NCBI GenBank assembly: GCA_951406725.2
Contig: OX597825.1
Coordinates: 81,096,001 to 81,160,000, forward strand
Length of the DNA stretch: 64,000 bases
Reading direction: 5' to 3'
From: Octopus vulgaris
Taxonomy: Eukaryota
The notes under the pieces are model-generated. The model had not been told where the DNA came from. It searched no databases and was given only the letters and a program-made list of their open reading frames with translations. The stretch's first letter is position 1. Each line of letters begins with the position of its first letter. The translations under genes were made by a program, and so were the position numbers. Below, in pieces: positions 1 to 13,629 of this stretch.

Positions 1-32
1 TATGTTTAGTCCCCTGTGGGCAATAAAGAAAT
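1..32 (+). mobile_element. 3' tail of SINE family A
   Basis: tatgtttagtcccctgtgggcaataaagaaat matches the tail of the complete copy at 33901-34131. Confidence 0.75.
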
Positions 33-134
33 ATATATAAATATATATATATATATATGTACACACACATATATGCACACATATATATATGTACACACGC
101 ACACGCACACACACAGACACACAGACACAGACAG

Positions 135-244
<110 letters not shown>

Positions 245-767
245 AATTTAATGTACACATGAAGATACTAGCTACTGATAATTTTTTGATTGGATACGCG
301 TGTCTAGGCAGGTTTTTGTAACACGTCTTGTGTCTTCAAGCAATTCTCAGGCTCTGAGCACATGGCCCATTCAATCTGATATCGGTGGTTTTGGGATATT
401 CTTAGCAGAGAAATGTATGTTATATAAATCCATAACAGAGCGTAAATTGGTAGTGTAAACTTAGCTATCACGCGAAAACTATTGGAGATTAGGAATTCGA
501 AGTAGAAAACTACGTGTTGGAAGTATATAATTAACTGTTCGTTTGAGACAAGATGACCAAAAAAGTAGTCCATTCAATGAGACATAAATATCATTTAATG
601 TACACAGCAGCTCGGATCTTTATTCTGTCTACTTTAAACGAAATTTATATTTCACTGGATGAAGCACTTATTTGTCGATTTTCTTTTAACAGAACATTAA
701 ACTATATATATAAACACACACATATATATATGCGTATACATATATCCATATAAATATATATACACAC

Positions 768-925
768 ATTTTCTCTCCTTGTTTCTTTCTGTGTTCCTTT
801 CTGTGGAAGAGCGTAGGCTCGAAACGTTAAAGACTTTTTCACTTCCCGAGCGTTATACTAATACATCTGTTTGTTTTGTACACCACCTGTCTTCGTCTTT
901 CGGTTTTTTGTGAATTCTCCCTATA
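768..925 (+). mobile_element. Short repeat (family H1) with degenerate hammerhead-like motif, flanked by TA-rich microsatellite; probable Penelope-like pLTR remnant
   Basis: cttt-CTGTGGA-agagc-gtag-gctc-GAAACGTT-aaag at 797-832; the tail recurs inverted at ~15293-15357 and a decayed head at ~20295-20335. Confidence 0.6.
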
Positions 926-978
926 TACATATGTATATACACAATATATAAGCATATATATACGTACATACACATATA

Positions 979-1026
<48 letters not shown>

Positions 1027-1755
1027 TATATAGCTTTTAGCCAACACATAGATACTTGCGCCAACAAAAAAACACCAAACTTCAGAATTTTCCCCCTCTA
1101 CCAATTTAGGGACGATACAACCTCGAGACAACGAATAAGTAAAGAAAATCTCTTTATTATAAAATACAGGCGACTTCTTAACGGGTCTACGACAAACAAT
1201 TAATATACCTCAACTTAAGAATAAAAGAAATATATATACACACACAAATATTACATTCCATAGAATCCATTACTAATCGCCCCATCACAGCTATATCTTC
1301 ACCCATTCATATTCTCCCTTCTCTGTTTTTTTCTTCTTCTTCCTCTTCTTCTTCTTCATCATCATCATTATCATCATCATCGTCGTCATCGTCATCACCA
1401 CCATCATCATCGTCATCTTCTCCTTCTCCTTCTTCTTCTTCATCGTCATCATCATCGGCACCGTCATCTTCTTCTTCTTCTTCTACTTCTCCACCTTCTA
1501 CCCCTTAACCTTGTCACTAATGTCTTTAAGTATAACGCCTACGCAGCGACTGCCGGTCGCCACTGACCAGCCCAGATTTTCCCACTCCCACCCCCTCAAG
1601 AACTCACAACGACCTCGAATACACAAGTGCAAACAAGGGAGTCAGAGAAAGGCAGAATGCCACCTATATCTGAACACTACTATGGAAGTATTCCTTTAAA
1701 AAAACCTTTCTTCTAATTTTTCTAAATTTTTCTAAATTTAATTATTTAATCGTTA

Positions 1756-1793
1756 CAGTTGAAAAGGTCTCAAAATGACCGAAACCGGTACTG
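1756..1793 (+). ncRNA. Minimal type I hammerhead-like motif with degenerate first core box
   Basis: cag-TTGAAAA-ggtc-tcaaaat-gacc-GAAACCGGTA-ctg: stems I and II pair and stem III is palindromic; a (TA)n tract follows ~55 bp downstream. Confidence 0.5.
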
Positions 1794-1842
1794 AAAGATT
1801 CACTATAAAATCATCTTAGCATTTTCTATTTTTGACTTGTTT

Positions 1843-1889
<47 letters not shown>

Positions 1890-1893
1890 TATA

Positions 1894-2308
1894 TACTCTT
1901 TTACTCTTTTACTTGTTTCAGTCATTTGATTGTGGCCATGTTGGAGCACCGCCTTTAGTCGAACAAATAGACCACAGGACTTATTCTTTGTAAGCCTAGT
2001 CCTTATTCTATCAGTCTCTTTTGCCGAACCGCTCAGTTATGGGGACGTAAACACACCACCATCGGTTGTCAAGCGATGTTGGGGGAACAAACACAAACAC
2101 ATAAACACACACACACACACACATATATATATACATATATACATATATACGACAGGCTTCTTTCAGTTTCCGTCTACCAAATCAACTCACAAGGCTTTGG
2201 TCGGCCCGAGGCCATAGTAGAAGACACACGCTCAAGGTGCCACGCAGTGGGAATGAACCTGGAACCATGTGGTTGGTAAGCAAACTACTTACCACACAGC
2301 CACACCTG
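1894..2308 (-). mobile_element. Full-length SINE family B (tRNA-like head, CORE-like segment, internal TA/TG microsatellite, GAGTAAAA tail)
   Basis: On the minus strand: head gtggctgtgtggtaagtag...ggttca, then a CORE-like ccttgagcgtgtgtctt segment; colinear with 34652-35055 and 28320-28745. Confidence 0.85.
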
Positions 2309-2311
2309 ATA

Positions 2312-2358
<47 letters not shown>

Positions 2359-2579
2359 ATTTGTGTGTGTGTGTGTGTATGCGAGAGAGAGATGATACGT
2401 GAGTATGAGTGTGTGAAGAGCAGAGCCGTGGTCCATTACCAACGTATCTGGATCGACTTGAGCGGTTGTTCCGAGCGCGTATTGTGTGAGGCCATTATTC
2501 AAGTGACAAATGAATGTCATAGGTCGGTGCTTGTGGTTAACATTGGCACCGGTGTGACAACAACAACACTTTGAATGGC

Positions 2580-3390
2580 ACAAATGACAACGGCAACAAT
2601 AACAACAACAGCAACAATAACAACATCGACATCGCTGACGACGACGACGACGACGACGACGGTAAGAAATGAAGATGCGGAAGAAAATGAAAGGAAGGAA
2701 ATGAAAGAGACGGTAGGAGGTGAGCAGTGGTAGGAGGAAGAGGAGGAGGGAGAAGAAGGGGAGGAAAAGAGGATGGGGTAGGGAGTAAGACTGGGAGGAG
2801 GAGGGAGGGGAAGGCTGAAGGGGAGGAAGAGGTGGATGTGGAGGAAGAGGTTGCGGAAGAAGGGGTAGGAGGAGGGGGAAAGGGAAGAATGAAGTGGGTT
2901 GTGAGAAAGATGAATGATGGGAAGAGAAGAGCGAGAAAGAAACGATGGAGGATTTAATATATGGAGGATTATAACGGCAACAAACGCTATCACCGCTGTC
3001 ACACCCCTACCCCCACCGCAGCAGCAGCACCACCACCACCACCACCACAACCAACAACAACATCAACAGCATTAACAACAATAATGACAACAACAATATC
3101 ACAACCACCACCACCACCACCACCACCACCACCGCCGCCGCCGCTTCCACCATCACTGCCACCACTACCACCACCACCACCACCACCATCGACACCCCTC
3201 ACCACCACCATCACCACCACCACCACCAACACCACCACCACCGCGACCAACACCACCACCACCGCGACAACAACGACATCACCACCACCACTAGGAGCAC
3301 TACCACTAATGCCACCACCATCAACACCATCACCCCCACCACCATCAACACACCACCATCAACACACCACCATCACCAATACCACCATAG
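2580..3390. repeat. Low-complexity block: (ACA/ACG)n, purine-rich GGA, (CCA)n
   Basis: Directly visible; accounts for the poly-Pro/Thr/Gly ORFs. Confidence 0.9.
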
Positions 3391-3996
3391 TCGTTAAAAT
3401 AGCCAAATGTACTTAGAAGTGGTGTCTAATGAGAAAAAGAAACCTGAGAAATGTGAAGAGACATTATTGAAAGAAAGGTCATGGCCCTGTCTGGAGTTTT
3501 ATTGGTTGGTTTCCCTACTTGGTGATGGAAGATTTTTTCTGAATACAAGACACATTGATGAACCAACGGAAGAAAGACTCTTTGTGGTCGATACGGAAAT
3601 ATCCTTCAAGCGACATCTATGTGGAATAAGGAAAAATGCATTGGGTAATGAATGTGGTGTTTCTCAGAAATACAGGGTGGTTACATCTGGAACCAGGTTG
3701 AGCAAGACTCAGCGTATTTAGGGCCGACTTGGGGTGACAACGCCAGCAGAAACAGCAAGAAAGTGACATCGACAGCAACAACAACGATATCAACAACAAC
3801 TTCAAGGACAAGAACAACAACACTGACATTATTGGCGACAAAACAACATATTGGTTGAAATATATCTCTGTCGTGGTTGGTCTTTTAGGGATTTGTAAGG
3901 ATCGGGGCTACCTTCTAGAGTTGTTTGTAGTGCTTTTGATGAAAGACGTTCCACCTGTGACCATACCTATCGATTTTAATCAGACATAGTATATCT

Positions 3997-4495
3997 GTTC
4001 TATATTTAAGAGATGAGGAATTATGTACGTCATTTACATTACTTACATTTGACGGATATTTGTCCTCATCTTGTTCAACATCCTTAAACAATCCTTATTC
4101 AGGGACCTTTTGAGCGGGAGGGGCTATTCTATCTGAAGAAAATTCTAAATGGGCCCACCTGCAAGGTCATGTGCTGTTTACCTTGATATGAGATCACCAT
4201 GTCGCGCCCATATGGTTGTGATGCATGTGCCTGATGTACCCTTATCAAACAGGTAGTCATGATAGGTATACTGGGCTTCGTATATTTTACCCCAGTGTCA
4301 CTTTGATGGCATGCACTGCTCTCTCACTCAATAATAATAATAACATCGAAAAATATCTTAGGAATGAGAACCCATGATCGAAATTCCCCCAAGACACCTG
4401 AAGAAGGCTGGACAGTATATTAGCCGAAACGTTGTCTTAACAACAAACAAGATAAGGACAAATATCGGTCAAATGTAAATAATGTAAATAATGTA
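3997..4495 (+). mobile_element. Composite element: inverted end copy + family D body + (AAT) + hammerhead-bearing terminal segment; probable Penelope-like
   Basis: 4031-4075 is the reverse complement of ~4446-4490; 4073-4330 matches 44543-44800; hammerhead-like motif at 4391-4438. Confidence 0.65.
4391..4438 (+). ncRNA. Hammerhead-like motif
   Basis: aagacac-CTGAAGA-aggctg...tagcc-GAAACGT-tgtctt; aagaca/tgtctt and ggct/agcc pair. Confidence 0.6.
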
Positions 4496-4949
4496 TCTGG
4501 TCAGAAGAAATGGTGACTAGAACTAGATTGTCTATTGTACCTTAGACAGCAAAATTCACTTTGAAAGAGATTCGGCTGCTATTTCTTGTCGGTCAAGCGA
4601 CCACGTACAGGTCCCCTTGCTGGTCCACGCAATAAATTAACTGTTCTTGTTGTTGCTGTCCTTTTTTTTTAAATATATTTTGCTGCAACTCTGGTTTGAT
4701 CCACCATATTCCACGATCAAAGGCTTTCCAGTCGTGACCAACCATCCTTGACCCTTTGTACACAGAACCCAGAACTGCATGATATCAATGCCTCTCTTTT
4801 GCAAGGCCCTGGTCTGTGTATGTGTGTGTGTGATCTGAGGGTCATTTGGCTGCTATTTTTAGGTGACGGTGAGGAAGGTTTGGAAGATAGTTTCATAGTA
4901 GTTATGGAGACGGAATGACGAAGCAGCTGGGTGGAGGATACACTATAAT

Positions 4950-4971
4950 ACTAGTTGTAGTAGTAGGAATT

Positions 4972-5006
<35 letters not shown>

Positions 5007-6060
5007 TGTAGTAGAAGAGTAGTAATAGTAACAGCAGTAGCAGTAGTAGTAGTAGTAGCAGCAGCAATAGTAGTAATAGTAGTAACAATAGTAGTAGTAG
5101 TAGTAGTAGTAGTAGTATTGGCGGTGGCGGTGGGTGTTCATAGAGGTTTTGGAGCTGGTGGTGATGATGGTAGTGGTTGTGGTGGTAGTGATGGTGAACG
5201 TAGCGGTTACAGTGTGGGTGGTGAGGGCAGTGGTCATGACGGTAGCAGTGGCGGTGGCGGTGAAGGTGACAGTATAAGTGGAGGTAGTAGTAGTAAGGGT
5301 GGTGGTGGTGGTGGTAGTAACCGTGGCAACGAGGGTGACTGTCCATGCAGCAGCAGTGGTGGTGGTGGTAGTGGTAGTGATGGTGAGAGGAGGGCTTTGT
5401 GGTGGTGGAAGTAGAAGTGGTGATAGTGGAAGTGTTAAAAGCAGTAGCGGTGGTGGAGATGGTGCTGGTGGTGGTAGTGGCGTTACTGATGGGGTCGGAG
5501 GTAGTGGAGGAGGGAATAATGTTCACGGGGGTGGTGTTGGTAGTGTTGGGAGGTGGTGATGGAATCGGTAGTGGTGGTGGTGGTAGTGGTGGATGTAGCA
5601 GTGTTGGTTGTAGTGGTGGTTGAAGTGATGTTGGTTGCAGTGGATGTGGTGGTTATTGTAGCGGTGCTGGTTGTAATGATGGCGGTGGTAGTTGCGGTGG
5701 TGGTAGTTGCAGTGGTGGTGGTTGCGGTGGTGGTGGTTGCGGTGATGGTAGCAGTGTTGATGGTGGTGGTTGTAGCGGTGTTGGTCGTAGTGATGGTAGT
5801 GGTGGTTGTGGTGGTGGTGGTGAATATAACAATATCAGTTGTGGTAGTAGTAGCAGTAGTGATGAAAACGGTAGCGGTGGTGGTAGAAGTGGTGGTGGTG
5901 GTGGTTGCAGTTGTTGTTGTTGTTGTTGTAGTGGCTGTGGTAATTATAGTAATGTTGTTGATAATTGATTGACGAATGGTGCTAACAATGGTATTAATGG
6001 TATTAATGGCGCTGGTGGGGGCGGTGTTGATGATGTCTTTGATGGTCGGGTGGGGGTACA
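4950..6060. repeat. Compound (GTA)n / degenerate (GTG/GGT)n low-complexity tract
   Basis: Directly visible. Confidence 0.9.
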
Positions 6061-6286
6061 TTGCGGGTATCATCTACCCGTGTTCAGCAATTTGAATATC
6101 AACCCTATATTTAACATTGCAACCATCTCACTTTATTCCATTCTATTCAAAAGTCGTTCATTTACAATGGCTGTTGTTCTTGTTACCGTTGTTGTCGTGG
6201 CTTTTGTTCGCGCTTTTGGAGGTGATGTGGTTGTTGTTGCTGTTGTTAGCGGTGGTGGCGGCGTTGATGGATGTAGTGTACATATA

Positions 6287-6449
6287 GGCGCAGACGTGGC
6301 TGTGTGGTAAGTAGCTTGCTTCTCAACCACATGGTTCCCGGTTCAGTCCCAAAGCGTAGCACCTGGGGAAAGTGTCTTCTACTATAGCCCTAGGTCCGAC
6401 CGAAGCCTTGTGAGTGGATTTCAGTGACGGAAACTGAAAGAAGCCCATC
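6287..6449 (+). mobile_element. SINE family B 5' half
   Basis: ggcgcagacgtggctgtgtggtaagtagc...ggttcagtccc...gaaactgaaagaagccc. Confidence 0.8.
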
Positions 6450-6452
6450 AGA

Positions 6453-6622
6453 TATTCTCTTATTCTTTTATTATTTTTACTCGTTTCAGTCATTTGACTG
6501 CGGCCATGCTGGAGCATCGCCTTTTAGTCGAACAAGCCGACCCCAGGACTTATTCTTTGTAAGCTTAGTACTTATTGTATCGGTCTCTTGCCGAACCGCT
6601 AAGTTACGGGGACGTAAACACA
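6453..6622 (-). mobile_element. SINE family B 3' half in inverted orientation
   Basis: gtttcagtcatttgactgcggccatgctggagc...ggacgtaaacac, as in 1915-2055. Confidence 0.8.
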
Positions 6623-6623
6623 C

Positions 6624-6699
<76 letters not shown>

Positions 6700-6701
<2 letters not shown>

Positions 6702-7168
6702 GAAATCAAAGCAAAGAATGAAACAAGAACGTAACAGGTGACAACATAACATTCGGACAGTTAGACGATACAAAAAAGAACAAGAGAAAACAAGGACGGG
6801 TCATTCGGAGCTTTCATTTATCAGTCAAGTGCCAGATCGTCTTTGTAGTTTCGGCCGGTTTATCTCGAGACAGTTCTAATCTGGCCGGCCTGAAGAAAAT
6901 CTAAGCGAAGAGCACTAGATTCATTGGGAGAAAGCAAGCGAATGTATACCAAAACAAGGATGAAAAGAAACAGAGGAATGGTACACAGTTACAAATACAA
7001 ACAACAAGACATTAACAACAGGAGTCTTTCGACTAAGGACAAATTAAATTAAGCTGGCGTGTGTAGAAGTGAAGCCTTACGGCAGGAACAAAGAAGTTGG
7101 ATGTCATGGGAAGGAATACAAGAGATGCTACACGGATGGTAGTCGAACCAAGAAAGAAAGGTCAGGCT
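6700..7168 (-). mobile_element. Repeat family H4 (GAAAC...CTGAT in permuted order)
   Basis: Reverse complement of 6720-6830 is homologous to 58508-58620 (cttgactgat...ttctcttgttc...ctgtccgaatg...gtcacct); bounded by (CA)n and TA. Confidence 0.5.
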
Positions 7169-7178
7169 TATATATATA

Positions 7179-7376
7179 GTTAATCCAAACATGAAAACAC
7201 AACAACGCGAGGACGTGGAACAAGTATAGTGTTATTGGACGCCCAGGAAAGAAGGAAAGCAGGAGGGTTTAACGTTTCGAGCGAAGCTCTTCGTCAGAAA
7301 CATAGGAAAAGGAAAGATCCAAGGAAGGGAAGACAGAGGGAAAAAAATCGCCAACGGTACACACGCGGTCACATTT
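7179..7376 (-). mobile_element. Repeat family H2 (~200 bp) with hammerhead motif
   Basis: Minus strand reads CTGACGA-agagc-ttc-gctc-GAAACGTT (7271-7297); homologous to 7755-7958 and 39218-39425. Confidence 0.75.
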
Positions 7377-7652
7377 TATGTATGTATGTATGTAGGGAGT
7401 TTTGGTGAGGTTGATAATGATAATGGTGGTAGCCGCGGTGGTGGTGTGGTGGTGATGGTGTCGGTTGAAGTGGAAGCAGTAAATGGTTGCATAGGTGGCA
7501 GTACTAATGTCGATAGGGAAAGTAGAGGGTGTAGTTTTAGAGTTAATTGGTTCGAATCGGTCTAAACACAAAATCGATCAAGGATAGTCTCATAAACACA
7601 CATATACACATACACCCATGTTCGTACATATAGAAACACACACACACAAACA

Positions 7653-7686
<34 letters not shown>

Positions 7687-7693
7687 AATACTC

Positions 7694-7754
<61 letters not shown>

Positions 7755-7755
<1 letters not shown>

Positions 7756-7953
7756 CAATATGTGACCGCGTGTGTATCGTTGGCGATTTTCTTTCTCCGT
7801 CTTCCCTTCTTTGCAATTTTTCTATATTTCTGATGAAGAGCTCCGCTCGAAATGTGAGATCCTCTTTCTTTTCTTTCCTTTCCTGAGCTTCCAATAACAC
7901 GGTACTTGTTCCACGTCCACACGTTGGTTTTTCTTGCTTGTTCATGTTTGGAT

Positions 7954-7958
<5 letters not shown>
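7755..7958 (+). mobile_element. Repeat family H2 with hammerhead motif, embedded in (TA)n
   Basis: CTGATGA-agagc-tcc-gctc-GAAA at 7830-7852; (TA)n on both sides. Confidence 0.75.
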
Positions 7959-8012
<54 letters not shown>

Positions 8013-8465
8013 ATATATATATGTATGTGTATATATGTATACATATATGCATATGTATATATATATATATATTTATATAGATGCATAATTCATAAATATA
8101 TACACACATATGAACATGCATATATATAAATGTAGAAAATATAAACATGTATACACAGTAAGTATCCATATACATAAATGTATACGGTCAGACTTTATTT
8201 ATCCGTATATATACACTAACAGATATATTAGACATATAGCAAGTGTTTGTAGAAGTATATATACATCTACATACACACATACACGCGCGTGCACACACGC
8301 ATATACATACATATGTATTTAAACATACATAATATATATACATACATAGTATATATATATATATATATATATATGTACATGCACATGCATAGCTGTTTAT
8401 ACGCAGTTCTGTATATGTGCTTGTATATATGTGTATATATCTCTATATCTGTATGTATGCGTTAC

Positions 8466-8544
<79 letters not shown>

Positions 8545-9082
8545 ATATAATATATGTATGTATCTATGTTTATACGTATATTTATAGATAGATATATACA
8601 TATATATATTATATATATATTGCATGTATATATATATATATATATTTATATACATATATACGTATATTATATATACATACATTACATGCATACACACATG
8701 CACACGCACATACGTCACTATACGAATATTTATAAGCGTTTGTGCTTGCGCACACATGCGATCATGTGTGAGCAAATGTGTTTGCATGTGTGTGTGTATG
8801 TGTGTGGTGGGAACAATAGTGTTAACGGTGGCGAGGCGGGGGTGGGGACGGACGGGGTGGAGGGTAGGGGAGGGTGTGTGCCATGGGGGTCGGTGCAATA
8901 ATAATGGGTGACAAACTAATGATTGCCGCCTGAATAAATACTCAATAATGGTGAGCTGAGCTCAGGTGTTGGTCACTGGTGTCTCATCTGAGTAGCATCC
9001 CTCACGTCTCAAACAGCTGAGACACCGACAGCAGCGGCCCGGCCCAACTGTCGCGGACTGACTGGCCCCCGTCCCTAAAGAA

Positions 9083-9114
<32 letters not shown>

Positions 9115-9473
9115 GAGTGCGAGAGAGAGGGAAGGGAGGGGAAGTGGAGGTGGTGGTGGTGGTGGCGGCGGCGTTAATGTGGTTCGCGTAGAGACATCAC
9201 AGACATATAATGCGTGTAATACATCACGACTATATAATTAATAATTGAAACGTACTGACCAACCGACCGACCGACCGACCTACAAATAGACCAATGGAAA
9301 GACGCAGGGAGACATAGATTGGCGCGCGAACGCGCGCGCGCACACACAGATACAGTCATGTATAATGTATATATAATATATATGTATAAATATATGCATA
9401 TGTGTGTGTGTATGTATGTTTATATATATGTATATATCTATATCTTACTGTTTATCTATCTATCTATCCATCC

Positions 9474-9554
<81 letters not shown>

Positions 9555-9643
9555 ATCCAGCTCTGTATATCTATCTATCTATCTAGTTATGTATCTCTCT
9601 GCCTGACTCTATCAGTCTGTCTATATATCTATAAAGATGATGA

Positions 9644-9677
<34 letters not shown>

Positions 9678-9689
9678 TATTATTATCGG

Positions 9690-10560
9690 AGCCGTTTCGC
9701 TCTCCGCTATCAACTCTTCTGTACGTGTTGGCTCTCGAACTACTGTTACAGAAGTTGAAACAGTTAAGGGAATCTTATTCGAACCGGAACACGGGAAGCA
9801 TCCTATTCGATCTGGAACAATAGGACTGTGACGGAGTACACAGACGATGTCACCATCATGGTGTCAGACGCTTCTGAGGCGGAGACGGTCGGCTACAAGG
9901 TAAAGGAATATGAGTCGGTTGCTGTGGCCAAAATCAACGCCGACAAGTCGGTGGCATTGCAATGGGGTACCAGGAGGGGCAGATCGATGCCGTAAGACAG
10001 TGTCGTCGGACCCTGGGCTGACGGAGCAGTTAAACTGCTCAGGATCTGTTTCGGTCCCGACCTCCAGGTGGATAAGTATTGGGACGGGGTGATAAACAGG
10101 GTGGCCAGTCTTACTCAGAAATGGGCAGAGAGGAAGCTGTCTCTGATAGGTCGGGCAGAGGTGGCAAATGCCTACAATTGCCTCTGTCATCATTTATCGC
10201 CTGACCGTCGTACTTAGCCCCAGTTACTGCTTGATTAGGTGGGAGCGTCTCTTGTTTAGTTTCTTGTGGAAAGGAATGCGTTCCTATTGTCAGGCTGTCA
10301 GACTGCTGCCAGCTCCTTCTGAGTGACGGATTAAGCGGGACATGGCTTTTGATGCGTAGACGCGCACACTAAGGTTGCGCCACCTGCAACGATTCCTAGA
10401 CGGTGAACATGTGTGGGTTTCATTTGTGAGACACATCTTTCTGCAACTCGTCTCTTTGACGAGTTACAGCCTTGGTTGAAAGACAGACCAAGACTGACAC
10501 TTAGAATGACGTCAGGCGCTCACTGTCCTCTAACAGTCGGGCTATAGCACCGATAGATGT
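9690..10560 (+). pseudogene. Decayed Tx1/L1-clade non-LTR reverse transcriptase fragment
   Basis: Frame-shifted pieces: PLSTLLYVLALELLLQKL (RT GCPLSP motif region), YTDDVTIMVS (YADD), KINADKS, KLLRICFG, KWAERKLSLIGRAEVAN, FSFLWKG. Confidence 0.85.
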
Positions 10561-11663
10561 TTCACTTAACACACACACAGTGTTGTTCTAGAGAATGTTT
10601 AAGAAACCATATGAAAATTATGTTTGTTTTCAAATTTGAGATTACATAGACAGTATTTTACGTAGGATATTATTATTGTTGTTGTTGTTGTTGTTTCTAT
10701 TATTAGGGCGTATGGCCTGGTGGTTAGCATGTTGCACTCACGATCTGACGATCGTGGTTTCAATTCGATGGAAAGGGTGAGCTGATGTGTGGTACGAACA
10801 TTTGATCACTACAAGCGAATCATTTGTGCGCCGAATGCTCATACGTCGTCATCGACGAGAGACGCCAACACCACCACCACCACCACCTTCATCATCATCA
10901 TCATCATCATTGGCGTAATGACTCTCCCAAGACAACAAAAATTGTTTCAATCCACGAATTCACATCAAGAATCTTGAAAACCAAATACAAAACCGAGATT
11001 GCTTGTTATATCTCTCTGCATTAAATATCATTGGGGTCTCTCGTGTGACAAAAAGCCAAGGTCGCAGGTGTGGCCGTGTGATAAGAAGGTTGCTTGCCAA
11101 CCAAATGGTTATAACCAGCCCTGTATAAAACTAATACTTTAGCTATCGATCCCTGATCAATTGTAAAATTGATTGGAGATTAATCAGATTTAAACTGAAA
11201 GATTATATAAACGTTAGTAAAATATTGTGAAGCATTTTTTGACTGACTGAAGCGCTACCTATTGTACAAATAGCTATAGGAACGTGGTGGTGGTAGTGGT
11301 GGTGATGTCGTAGTTGTAGTCGTGATGGAGGTGGTGGTGATGGTGGGGGTAATGGTGAAGATGATGATGATGATCATGCTCATGATCATCATCGTCATCA
11401 TCATCATCATGGCGGGGACAACGATGACGACGACCACAACGACGATGATGATGATGACTCTTATGATGACGTTGATGATGAGGATGATGATGATAACGAC
11501 GACGACGACGACGACGTCGGTGATGATAATAGTGACACTGACGATGACTACGATGGCGATGATGACGACGTTAATGATGATGATAATGATAATGAGGTGG
11601 AAGGGGAAGATGTTATGATGCTGCTGCTGTTGCTGCTTCCGTTGCTGCTGCTGCTGCTGATGT

Positions 11664-11698
<35 letters not shown>

Positions 11699-12345
11699 GC
11701 GACGGCGGCGGCGGTGATCATCCCGATACACTTGATTTCACGATAAAACGTCGTCGACACTCCGTTAAGTGTCATGGCGGTATATTTCGCAAAGCAAAAC
11801 TTACAATCACGTCGCCATAACCGAAGCACTAGGCGCCATTTTCTCTTTCAACGCATGCTCACATTTTTATGGTCGTTTAGGGGCAAAATAATGGGGAAAA
11901 ACAGTTTACCTGTTATTAAATCTCCACAATATTTCATTAGTTTCCAATATAGTTTAGATGTTCTAGCTTTTTATTCCTAGATATCTCTCTATCATTTCTT
12001 TTTTATTATTACTTCTCTCTGTAAAAAAAATTACATAAATGCTATGAATATCGTTTATTATACAAAATATACGACCAAACAAAGTCGTGTGCAATATGCC
12101 TTATGTAACTATAAATTCGTATTTGTATGCGTGTGAATGCCTATGTGTGTATTTATATGTAGGAATGTATACATTAATGTGTGTGTGTGTGTGTGGTAAT
12201 TGATAGAATGATGGCTGGTCGGGCGGTGTAGATAATGTTCTATAGTTGTACGGATGGACAAATTGAGGGAGACCTAGGTGGGTGAACGCACCATGCACAG
12301 AGTTAATATATAATATCTTTTTTGTGTTGGTATCTGCGCGCACAC

Positions 12346-12417
<72 letters not shown>

Positions 12418-12964
12418 GTTTAATCGGCAGTATGTACATATATATATATATGTATGTGTGTATATATGTTTAAGGACAGTATACATACGTATATATACTT
12501 TTGAATGCACGAACGAAAAGAAAAATTACTCATGCAATACTTTTAATATTGCTATAAACATGATGCTGTGTGTGTGCGTGTGCGTGTTTAAATAAATAAA
12601 TATATATATACACATGTTATACATACACAAACTCACGCACACACACACACTCACACCCATGCGCGTAAACGTTCGCACGCTGATAGACAGTCAACGAGGA
12701 ATATAGAGATAAATGTCAATTGATCTTTAATTTCTGAGGTTTGAGCTACCCGTTTCTCATTATCGATGATTACGGGTGTGGTATTTGAACATTTTAGGGG
12801 ATAAGGGAGAGAGAGAGAGAGAGAGGAGAGAGATGAGCAGATAGAAAGACAAAGAGAAGGAGAGAGACAGCGGGAGAGAGAGGGAAGGAGAGAGATGCGA
12901 GAGAGAAAGATAGAAGTTGAAATGTATGTATGTGCGTGCGTGTGTGTGTATCTGTGTATGTGTG

Positions 12965-13004
<40 letters not shown>

Positions 13005-13028
13005 CATACATACATACACACATACACC

Positions 13029-13072
<44 letters not shown>

Positions 13073-13169
13073 TATATGCATATATATATATACATGTATA
13101 TATGTGTATACATATATATAAATGTATATATATACATATATATACATATATATATACATGTATATCTAA

Positions 13170-13251
<82 letters not shown>

Positions 13252-13260
13252 TTATATATA

Positions 13261-13466
13261 CAGCAACCCTTCGCCATATCGCTGTTCACCTATCGCGCAC
13301 TCAGTAAATCGCGGATTTTTCTGGGTAATATATGTACATTCATGTCGCGGACTCCTCAGTATATCGCGGGTTTCTACGGCGGATAGGTATTTATATTTCC
13401 TTAGATTTAAATTTTTTCTGTGGGTGGTTTTGGAACGTAAAACCTGCGACAGTCGAGGGATTACTG
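13261..13466. mobile_element. pogo/Tigger-like MITE, copy 1
   Basis: TA|cagcaacccttcgc ... gtcgagggattactg|TA: imperfect CAGTAATCCCTCG-type TIRs with TA TSD. Confidence 0.75.
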
Positions 13467-13539
13467 TAAATACATACATACATACATACATACATACATA
13501 CATGCACACACATACATACATACATACATAAATACATAC

Positions 13540-13629
<90 letters not shown>

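Noticed and set aside
2515-2559. 45 nt hairpin containing ttggcac (miR-96/182-like seed)
   Set aside because: Too short for a typical pre-miRNA, relies on several G-U pairs, and has no match beyond the seed
3407-3721. 104 aa non-repetitive ORF
   Set aside because: No recognisable motif or splice context; could be an old repeat remnant
4565-4865. Recurring atttggctgctattt motif (also ~52755, minus strand)
   Set aside because: Probably an old dispersed repeat, but too diverged to delimit or classify by eye
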